From a virus (taxonomy: Duplodnaviria > Caudoviricetes), in the IMG/VR virus record IMGVR_UViG_3300028591_000119, positions 1 through 64,000 of that record: DNA of 64,000 nt; one strand, written 5' to 3'. Shown here one piece after another: positions 19,250 through 27,025 of this stretch (positions within the stretch are counted from its first letter, which is position 1; every line of letters starts with the position of its first letter). A model generated the notes under the pieces. That model did no database searches. It worked only from the letters and a program-made list of their open reading frames with translations, and was not told where the DNA came from. The translations under genes were made by a program, and so were the position numbers.

Positions 19250-19292
19250 GTATATACTATAATACTATAAAGTGTATATACAAGGAGAAACT

Positions 19293-19523
19293 ATGATTAT
19301 TACTATATTTACTACAGATGCTATCTCTGATGCATCTTCTAAAAAATTACAATCGATGTTAAACGGTACAGGTTTAGTGTACTGTGACATTAGCGCACAC
19401 ATGTGTGCATTACGTTCAGAATACGTAATGGATCCTTCAAAAGCAAAATATGCTTCTGAAAGCGTAAAGTCATTAGATGACTATATTGCAATGTTGGAGG
19501 AATTCAATGCTGTTGCTGCATAA
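19293..19523 (+). CDS. 76-aa hypothetical early-type protein
   Basis: AAGGAG RBS before ATG 19293, with its own promoter motif and terminator. Confidence 0.8.
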   Translation: MIITIFTTDAISDASSKKLQSMLNGTGLVYCDISAHMCALRSEYVMDPSKAKYASESVKSLDDYIAMLEEFNAVAA

Positions 19524-19529
19524 AAGAGA

Positions 19530-19567
19530 AAAAAATAAACTCGGGACAAACCCGAGTTTATTTTTTA
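19530..19567 (+). terminator. intrinsic terminator
   Basis: AAAAATAAACTCGGG-ACAAA-CCCGAGTTTATTTTT. Confidence 0.88.
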
Positions 19568-19632
19568 TTTTTCTTTTAAAATGTATATTAATAAATTATG
19601 AAAAACTTTAAAAATGAAAAAGGAAATATAGA

Positions 19633-21114
19633 ATGAAAATAGATATAGATTTTGAAGACGATTATTCTTATTTAGAAGATACTATATATTTTGAATCTGT
19701 TTTAGGATTAAAAAACCGACCTAAGAAACCCGATGTGTTCAACAGCATCTCTATAAATACACCATATTATTTTGATTTAAAAGCTAAAAAAGAATATTTT
19801 ATCGAATATGAAAATAAACATAAAAATCTACTTAAATCGTTCGATGATAAAGATTTACTAGAAAATTTTAATTTTATGAAATTTGGTTATGATAAACCGT
19901 TTTTGTATTTTTATGATAATAGAGAATTTAACAATGCTCTCGAATTAGAATTATATATTTATGCAGTTGATAAGAATCTCGATATAGAAAGATGTCCTGG
20001 TTTCTATGATGATAAAAACTACAGTATGATTTATCCTGATTTTAAATTAGGGGATAGATTAATATATATTGTATACCCATTTGAAGACATAAATCATAGA
20101 AATAAAGTAAAAGATAAATATCCTAATTGTGAATTTTGGACTGAGAAAGATTTTGAGGAAATAAGTCAGCATATATATGATAATTACAGTGACGATTATT
20201 TACCGTTGTTTTATAAAGATGTTCCATTTCCCTGGCCAAACGCTGATCTTAAAGACACTAGTCCTATGGGATTGGTAAGACATTTTCATAAATCTATAAT
20301 GGAAGGTCGTCATAAAGACGAACCAAATATTCTCGAATTATGGAACAATAAAGAAATATTTAAACAGCTCGCTTTAAATCGCCTATTTTATGTTGGTGAA
20401 TGCAATGTTGATAGAATGCGTCAAGGTTATAATATCACTAAGATAGCTACAAAGATTTCTGTTTTTAAAAATACTACGGCAATCGAATTAATCAAAACTT
20501 ACCTGTATGATGCTAAAGAAATTTTTGACCTATTTTCAGGATTCTCAGGCCGTATGCTTGGCGCGATTCAATGTGGAAAACCATACATAGGTAGAGACAT
20601 AAATGCTAAACATATTGAAGAATCAAAACAAATACTTTCTTGGTGGAAAGCAAACCGAGATCCAAACGTGCAAGTGGATCTAAAAGTCGCTGATGCAACT
20701 AAAGAATTTGGTGTTTATGATTGTCTTCTGACTTGTTCACCATATGCAACAATAGATCGTAGAGGTAATAGAAAAAATATAGAAGATTGGAATAATAAAG
20801 ATCAACTTGCCCTTACTTGCGATGAATGGATAGATATTTGTTTGTTACGATATAAATGTCGAAAGTATGTGTTTGTTGTAGATGATACTGTTGTGAAATA
20901 TCGTCCGTATGTAGTAAGTTCTATAGGTAATCATGGTCATATGGGTAGGAACACAGAATATGTAGTTTATTTGAATTTTACTAATTATTCTCTTCCTATG
21001 TATAACCAAAATAAAGGTAAAGGTCTTACTCCATTTGACATCGATAAAACCAAACAATATCAAGATATTGGTAAAGGCGTAACTCCATTTGATATTCCTC
21101 AATTAATTAAATAA
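19633..21114 (+). CDS. amino (N4-C/N6-A) DNA methyltransferase fused to an N-terminal degenerate PD-(D/E)XK nuclease domain; C-terminal tandem GxTPFD tail
   Basis: Motif I IFDLFSGFSGRMLGA...YIGRDIN and motif IV-like LTCSPY. The N-terminal F...LELELYIYA.D....YPDF..G..IYIV lacks the ExK. Ends KGLTPFDIDKTKQYQDIGKGVTPFDI. Confidence 0.75.
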   Translation: MKIDIDFEDDYSYLEDTIYFESVLGLKNRPKKPDVFNSISINTPYYFDLKAKKEYFIEYENKHKNLLKSFDDKDLLENFNFMKFGYDKPFLYFYDNREFNNALELELYIYAVDKNLDIERCPGFYDDKNYSMIYPDFKLGDRLIYIVYPFEDINHRNKVKDKYPNCEFWTEKDFEEISQHIYDNYSDDYLPLFYKDVPFPWPNADLKDTSPMGLVRHFHKSIMEGRHKDEPNILELWNNKEIFKQLALNRLFYVGECNVDRMRQGYNITKIATKISVFKNTTAIELIKTYLYDAKEIFDLFSGFSGRMLGAIQCGKPYIGRDINAKHIEESKQILSWWKANRDPNVQVDLKVADATKEFGVYDCLLTCSPYATIDRRGNRKNIEDWNNKDQLALTCDEWIDICLLRYKCRKYVFVVDDTVVKYRPYVVSSIGNHGHMGRNTEYVVYLNFTNYSLPMYNQNKGKGLTPFDIDKTKQYQDIGKGVTPFDIPQLIK

Positions 21115-21115
21115 T

Positions 21116-21143
21116 AAGAACTCTCCATTTGGAGAGTTCTTTT
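21116..21143. terminator. bidirectional terminator shared by the convergent methyltransferase and nuclease genes
   Basis: AAGAACTCTCC-ATTT-GGAGAGTTCTT. Confidence 0.88.
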
Positions 21144-22646
21144 TTACAAATCATAAGGTGTTATTCCTTTACTTTTTATATCTACATATTTATCATTTTT
21201 ATTATCGTATGGCATTATACCGTGTCTTGAGAACACTGGCATTGTATAATAAGGATACATGTTAGTATATGGTCTAATAATAGGAATAAATCCATTAGGA
21301 TATAAGTATGTGGGATTCATTGGATTATCAACATAAAACAAATTCATGTATTCTTTTCCATAAATATACTCGACATATTTAACGTATGGTAAACATTTCT
21401 CAGAAAACCAAAATTCCACACCGTTTTCTTTTTCAATACGATGCTTAATTTTATCTTTTAAAATATTCCTACTATTAAATTTTGACGACTTGTCATATAA
21501 ATGATCACCTTTTATCTCTATTATTTTACCATTGTAATAAAAATCTGGATAAACCGCATGTATTTTGTCATTATACATATATTCATATTTTACAGGCTCT
21601 CGTAAAATATATTCATTATGATCTTTAGCATATATCCATATTGCTAATTCCCATTTAGAATCAAAACGTATACCATAATAATTTATCTTAGATACTATAG
21701 GATGATCACACCCAGTATTCTTATACATGGTTTCTTTAGCTTTATTTCGCACGTCATTATTACTGAGAGGAGTTTTGAACCCGTATTTGACTAAATTAGT
21801 ATTCTCTACGCGCTCTCTTAATATAGGCGATTCCATGGTCGTCTTCGCTCCATATCTATTTTTCATAACAGTTTGCATTTGTTGTAATATACGTGCATCT
21901 TGTATAGGTCGTTTTACACCTAATTTAGCCATAGTCGATTCATTTATTTTATACACTACCTCAGGAGATTCACACGCGTTATCTTTACCATACCGTTGTT
22001 GACATGTAACGTGGCGTTTTTCTAAATTATTAAAATGAGCGTCACCATAACGTTCTAATTTGGTGTTTTCTGCCTTACTCAAATTATTATATTTTTTATC
22101 ACCATAACGTTCTAATTTAGTTTGTTTATTTTTAGACACGTTGTTATAATTCTCATTACCGTAACGTTTTAATTTAGTTTGTTTAGATTTAAGGTTGATT
22201 ATCTGTTTTTCTTCATCAGTTTTTTTATGTCGTTTAGTATAATATATGTCTCTCAATTCATCCTCGGTTTTATTTTTCCAAGTTAACATCGTTTTGTTTT
22301 TTATTTCGACATTTTTCATAGGATTATCTGTTCCATATCTTTCAATAAATATTGCTTTCTTTAGACATGGTACACATAAAAACTTAGAAAGATTATTTAT
22401 TTTACTTGTACGAAATGAATTTAAACTGAAATAGATGTTTCCGCATTGTTTACATCTAAAATATACACATGCGTTTCCTTTTAAAGACCTGAGATCTTCA
22501 ATATTTTCAACTGCATTTATTTTAATAGTTTTAAGTTTTTCAATTATTTGTTCTTTGGATAAATGCCACGCGTCGCCGTATGCGCTTTTATTAGCTAATA
22601 TATGGTTTGCGATAGCATTATAAATATCGTCGGTTATTTCTTTCAT
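21144..22646 (-). CDS. free-standing PD-(D/E)XK endonuclease with Zn ribbon, many (E/K)RYG repeats and C-terminal GITPYD tail
   Basis: CKQC/CVPC, tandem 19-aa K.TKLERYG...NN repeats, FDSKWE and VYPDF...IEIKG; ends GIMPYDNKNDKYVDIKSKGITPYDL. Confidence 0.82.
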   Translation of the reverse strand: MKEITDDIYNAIANHILANKSAYGDAWHLSKEQIIEKLKTIKINAVENIEDLRSLKGNACVYFRCKQCGNIYFSLNSFRTSKINNLSKFLCVPCLKKAIFIERYGTDNPMKNVEIKNKTMLTWKNKTEDELRDIYYTKRHKKTDEEKQIINLKSKQTKLKRYGNENYNNVSKNKQTKLERYGDKKYNNLSKAENTKLERYGDAHFNNLEKRHVTCQQRYGKDNACESPEVVYKINESTMAKLGVKRPIQDARILQQMQTVMKNRYGAKTTMESPILRERVENTNLVKYGFKTPLSNNDVRNKAKETMYKNTGCDHPIVSKINYYGIRFDSKWELAIWIYAKDHNEYILREPVKYEYMYNDKIHAVYPDFYYNGKIIEIKGDHLYDKSSKFNSRNILKDKIKHRIEKENGVEFWFSEKCLPYVKYVEYIYGKEYMNLFYVDNPMNPTYLYPNGFIPIIRPYTNMYPYYTMPVFSRHGIMPYDNKNDKYVDIKSKGITPYDL

Positions 22647-22697
22647 AATATTTTATTGTTCCTCACAACTTTAAAAATATCATATGTCATCTATAAA

Positions 22698-22725
22698 ATG
22701 AATCCTGCTTTTTTGCAGGATTCAT
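22698..22725 (-). terminator. intrinsic terminator
   Basis: ATGAATCCTGC-TTTTTT-GCAGGATTCAT downstream of the RNAP beta fragment. Confidence 0.8.
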
Positions 22726-22732
22726 AGATATT

Positions 22733-23473
22733 TTAATCCACAGGTAATAAATATGATAATTTATCTTTACCGAACGATACTCTTAATCCAGCACCTATGC
22801 AGAACACTCTAAGTGTTTCTAAAGATTGTTTATCTTTAGTTCTAATAGGAATGCTATTGATATCAAAATCGCCTGTTTCAGCAATTTGGTCGAGCATTTT
22901 CTTTTTAGAGATAGGATCATCTGCTCGTGGTCCGAGAAGTTCTTTAATTTTATCCTGTTGGTTAGATGTACATAACGCAGCTGTCTGCATATTACTGAAT
23001 GTTGAACTTTTACTTGATCCAGTTACTTGTCCTGTAAGTAAATTTACGTGATCACGGTCAGATGAATAATCTGCTTTCTTAGACAAAAGCTGCTGTAAAG
23101 GTCTCACAGTTTCATACAATACTGGAACAGGAGAATTTGATATTGGTGGATGTTCTTTATCAACTGATTTATATGGATAAGCAACATATTCTGTCATAGG
23201 AATTTTATATTTATCCATTACTTTTTTAAGTTTGTTCATATTTGGACATTTTTTCTTATCACTCATGTTCATTTCATAGAACAAATTAAACCATTCTTCA
23301 TTTCGGAGTCTGTCCATGAATTTATCAAATTCTTTATCAGATAATGTGGCAAAATATTTTTTATATTGGTTTGCGTTGAATCCGTCTTTAGTTCCCTCTA
23401 AATCGTCCATCAATTCACAAATCATCTGTTCGGCTTTCATTCTATTTACTTTATTTTTAGGATTATCACTCAT
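22733..23473 (-). CDS. phage multisubunit RNA polymerase beta subunit, C-terminal fragment (virion RNAP type)
   Basis: R.KAE..I...D......N...YK..F..LSD.EF N-terminus, then P.PV.Y..VR.LQQ...KK, LTGQVTG.SK, ELLGPRADD and SLETL..F..GAGL. This corresponds to the beta C-terminal (TQQP...ELLT.KSDD...ES...L) region in phiKZ/AR9-like phages. Confidence 0.72.
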   Translation of the reverse strand: MSDNPKNKVNRMKAEQMICELMDDLEGTKDGFNANQYKKYFATLSDKEFDKFMDRLRNEEWFNLFYEMNMSDKKKCPNMNKLKKVMDKYKIPMTEYVAYPYKSVDKEHPPISNSPVPVLYETVRPLQQLLSKKADYSSDRDHVNLLTGQVTGSSKSSTFSNMQTAALCTSNQQDKIKELLGPRADDPISKKKMLDQIAETGDFDINSIPIRTKDKQSLETLRVFCIGAGLRVSFGKDKLSYLLPVD

Positions 23474-23507
23474 ATTAATGAAATCTCCTTTTTATAATTA
23501 TTGTTTA

Positions 23508-23519
23508 CATAAAAATGTT
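23508..23519 (-). promoter_or_regulatory. late-type promoter motif AACATTTTTATG
   Basis: Matches RACAT-N5-TG upstream of the RNAP beta fragment. Confidence 0.6.
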
Positions 23520-23609
23520 TTTATGTATTTTTTATGATATAATTCATTTTCTTCTATATAATGATAAACTTTTAAAGGATTATATATCATCTAATGTAAG
23601 GAGAAAATC

Positions 23610-24812
23610 ATGTTAATCAAATCTTTTACAAAAGAATTAGAAGATATTGATGATATCAAAAATATCACAAATAAAAATCGATATATATTCATCTATAAAT
23701 ATGATGCCCCTCATCCGTGCACTTGTCAAAGTCCTTTTGGTTATTTTAATGGGATGGATGATTGGTACGATATATATCTCATCAATGATAGTGTAGTTAA
23801 AGGAATAGATTATCTTATTCCTAAAGGGGTTACTCTATGGAATAGAAATACATATAGGGGATATGCTAAAGGTATAATTAATCCTGATGGAAGTTTTAAT
23901 AAGAATGCTATAATAACTTTTACAAACGGCTCATTCCTTAATAGAGTAAAGCCTAGAATAAATGAAGATACGCCATATGAAATATATAGTAGCGATATAA
24001 TCGCATGTTGTGGTTCTCCTGGTGGAACAGTGTATGAAGATGAATTAATGAGTACATTACAAACGGAAGTTATTCAACCTTTTCCTAGATTTTATAACAT
24101 TGAAGATCAGGCTAGACTTAAATCTAAAAATGACAAAATATCTGTTGGTGATTTTACTTATGATTATACGGAATGTCCAGTTTATACTCTAAGAGAATTG
24201 ACAGATAAATACACCAAAGTAGCTAAAATAGATATTCCATCAAATCATAATTTGATCGATTTATCAATCGTTGATGATCCTACTGAAGAAATATCATTAG
24301 ATCCGTGGATTAAATTAAATAACGGTGTAAAAATAGATGGAACAATGATAAAAAATGCTATAACTAAATTATATCTTATAATTTATGACGCGGTTTATAA
24401 ATCTATATTTTCATCAGTAGATGTCATAGTCGATATAGAATCAGGAATATTCAATGTCATTCCTAAATGTTTGAAATTTTCAAGTGTTACTAAAAATGAA
24501 ATCAATTATAATATTGCTAAAATAAGTAATATTATTTCTGAAGAAATGGATAACTTCAGTGAATTGATAGAGGACGTTCCAGATGCAATATTTATAAACA
24601 ATCTGTCACCTAATAGAATAACTTTTAATATTGGAAATTATGATTCTACTATTAAATTATCAAATATATATCATATGATTGGAGTCAATGAAAAGACTAA
24701 ACGACCTGAATGTATACATGCTATGGATAGAATCTCAGCAAGCGACAGCGACGAAATGTCTAGAGTATATGCTTCAGGATTAGGTTTTGCTGGAGGAAAT
24801 TATGTTAATTAG
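23610..24812 (+). CDS. hypothetical protein, member 1 of a tandem paralog trio
   Basis: TAAGGAG RBS; shares motifs with the next two ORFs. Confidence 0.8.
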   Translation: MLIKSFTKELEDIDDIKNITNKNRYIFIYKYDAPHPCTCQSPFGYFNGMDDWYDIYLINDSVVKGIDYLIPKGVTLWNRNTYRGYAKGIINPDGSFNKNAIITFTNGSFLNRVKPRINEDTPYEIYSSDIIACCGSPGGTVYEDELMSTLQTEVIQPFPRFYNIEDQARLKSKNDKISVGDFTYDYTECPVYTLRELTDKYTKVAKIDIPSNHNLIDLSIVDDPTEEISLDPWIKLNNGVKIDGTMIKNAITKLYLIIYDAVYKSIFSSVDVIVDIESGIFNVIPKCLKFSSVTKNEINYNIAKISNIISEEMDNFSELIEDVPDAIFINNLSPNRITFNIGNYDSTIKLSNIYHMIGVNEKTKRPECIHAMDRISASDSDEMSRVYASGLGFAGGNYVN

Positions 24813-25962
24813 AAATTTTGGTAAAGTAGACGTAAATGATACTAAACCGTTTAACTCATTAGGATTAATGGGAGTTAAACGAAACATTTACGTATTTGTT
24901 ACCAGAGCAGAATATGACATGAAAAATTTCACACATTGTAAGATATGTATAGATAATAATGTGGTTTATGACGGTAACCATAATTTATCCCAACCTGTGA
25001 GAATTCCTGGGAGTCATATCATAAGAAATGCTACTTATTTCGGAGATCTATATACTTATGAACCTGGGAATATTCGAAGTGAATCAGCATTCTTTGTGTT
25101 GGATAATGTAACTACTACTGAGAAACTAGTGATTCCAAATAGCGGTGAATTTGGTGAAACAGTATCGTTCAGTCCAAGTATTTGGAGTAAACGCTTTTAT
25201 CAAATGGAAGAGTGTGATTATGCCGATTTCATGGGTATAAGCGGTTGTGGTAATGAAATTATCAGTATATCTCCTGAATATTACACTGATTTTGATATGA
25301 ACGCTAGAACTGGCGATTTTACAGATTTGATGTATGATACAGTTAATAAAATTCCTATGAAGAAATTAATAGACAGTAATACGACTATTATCTTCATGGA
25401 CATATTGAAATATGATACCATCAGATTAAATGAAATGCACCAAATAGTTAAGATGGAAAATAACTGTGAACGAGGATTTGAATTTTCTAATTCATTGAAA
25501 TCTTCGTTTAATAGTTTTATTGGAAATAACACTACATTCATATACGACAGCGATGCATTAGGATACGGTAAGTCAGGCTTTAATGTTCGTGGTGGAAATA
25601 TTGCGTTTGGTAAATATTATACTAAAGATTATTTATCTAACAATTTGAAAGGAACATTGAATCGATTTGAACAAGAATGTAAAGATATTGAACAAATAGC
25701 TGGACACGTAAGAATATTATATAATCCATCTATCATTGGTGATAAATTTAAAATCACATTCAAAGATCACAAAGTTTCGCCTATAACTGTTCCTTCACAG
25801 ATTGAAAACAATGGACTTATAAAGACCAATATTTCAAATACTGCTCCATTATCTGCAATAGACAACGGATATGCGATAGATTCTATGATGAGAGATATTC
25901 TAAGTCTTGAATATCAAGCTCAACAAGAATCTTTTCAAGAAGAAATGTTTAATAGAGACTAG
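24802..25962 (+). CDS. hypothetical protein, member 2 of a tandem paralog trio
   Basis: GGAGG RBS before ATG 24802 (MLIRNFG..., compare MLIKSFT... of member 1). Confidence 0.8.
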   Translation: MLIRNFGKVDVNDTKPFNSLGLMGVKRNIYVFVTRAEYDMKNFTHCKICIDNNVVYDGNHNLSQPVRIPGSHIIRNATYFGDLYTYEPGNIRSESAFFVLDNVTTTEKLVIPNSGEFGETVSFSPSIWSKRFYQMEECDYADFMGISGCGNEIISISPEYYTDFDMNARTGDFTDLMYDTVNKIPMKKLIDSNTTIIFMDILKYDTIRLNEMHQIVKMENNCERGFEFSNSLKSSFNSFIGNNTTFIYDSDALGYGKSGFNVRGGNIAFGKYYTKDYLSNNLKGTLNRFEQECKDIEQIAGHVRILYNPSIIGDKFKITFKDHKVSPITVPSQIENNGLIKTNISNTAPLSAIDNGYAIDSMMRDILSLEYQAQQESFQEEMFNRD

Positions 25963-26021
25963 ACAAAATATAATTCTAAAATAATGGAAACATTATTTTA
26001 GAATTATTTTATGGAGAAAAT

Positions 26022-26984
26022 ATGTTATTAATGCCTAAGAGAATCCAAGATAACGATATCTTGAAGTTTTCTCCTAATATTATAACTGACAAAAAGATTG
26101 CCATATCTTCTGATCACAATGCGAGATTAGAAGAACTAATTGTTGATAGTAAAAATAAAACAATTACAAAGAATAGTTTTACTGGTTATCTCTTAACCGA
26201 TAACAATATCGAAATTTGTAATAAAATGCAAGTGGTTTCAGATATGAAGACCGGTGAAACAATATCATATAATCTATCATCACTTATGCCATCGTATGAT
26301 AATAATTACAACATGTCCCAAAATATAGGATTTTTTTATAGTGATAAAGATTTAAATCTTAAATCCTATGATTTACATTCATACGATAAACGATATGTAA
26401 ATGATTTAATTGGAGATTCTAAATATATAACGGATTTTGATTATATCAATGCTGCTATATATGGTGTGGAAAATCTTTTACAAGTAGATTATGGCGATTT
26501 AGTTAGCGTGTTGGAAATGTTTTTTACACAATGGTCTTTCAATATTCCATTTGTGTCTAATATCATTATAGATACTGAACGTTGTAGTTTCAACACGCCG
26601 AGATTCACATATTTCCAAAAGATTGTTTCTGAGGAAACTGCTATGAATCTATATGCGACATTTGCTAAGGAACTGTCGTCGTTATGTGAGTTTATGTTCG
26701 ATCTATTTAATAATGTGTACAAAAGAAAATTCAGAATACTGATTCATCATACTCCATTTGTAACAGTAATTAAAATCAAAGATACTAATAATAAAGAGAT
26801 ATCTTTAGATTTTAACGTATCGGCAAGTGATCATTTAAAAGCAATGGTTAATAATACTGTTTCATGTAAATGGTACTGTAATAACGATGCTTTAAATGTT
26901 ATAACTGATAAAACCCGCAATAGAGATATAACATTTGATGTGTTAGATACAATAGATTATATAAATTCAAACGATATATTTTAA
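26022..26984 (+). CDS. hypothetical protein, probable member 3 of the paralog trio
   Basis: GGAG RBS; KNSFTGY, GD..YITDFDY and IIIDTERCSFNT motifs. Confidence 0.75.
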   Translation: MLLMPKRIQDNDILKFSPNIITDKKIAISSDHNARLEELIVDSKNKTITKNSFTGYLLTDNNIEICNKMQVVSDMKTGETISYNLSSLMPSYDNNYNMSQNIGFFYSDKDLNLKSYDLHSYDKRYVNDLIGDSKYITDFDYINAAIYGVENLLQVDYGDLVSVLEMFFTQWSFNIPFVSNIIIDTERCSFNTPRFTYFQKIVSEETAMNLYATFAKELSSLCEFMFDLFNNVYKRKFRILIHHTPFVTVIKIKDTNNKEISLDFNVSASDHLKAMVNNTVSCKWYCNNDALNVITDKTRNRDITFDVLDTIDYINSNDIF

Positions 26985-27025
26985 ATTTAGATATTATAAA
27001 AATAGAATAAGTAAAGGAGACAAAC

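Noticed and set aside
12809-22646. Nucleases as IS200/IS605 TnpB-like or other transposon genes
   Set aside because: No RuvC motifs, transposase, terminal repeats or target duplications; the catalytic motif is PD-(D/E)XK.
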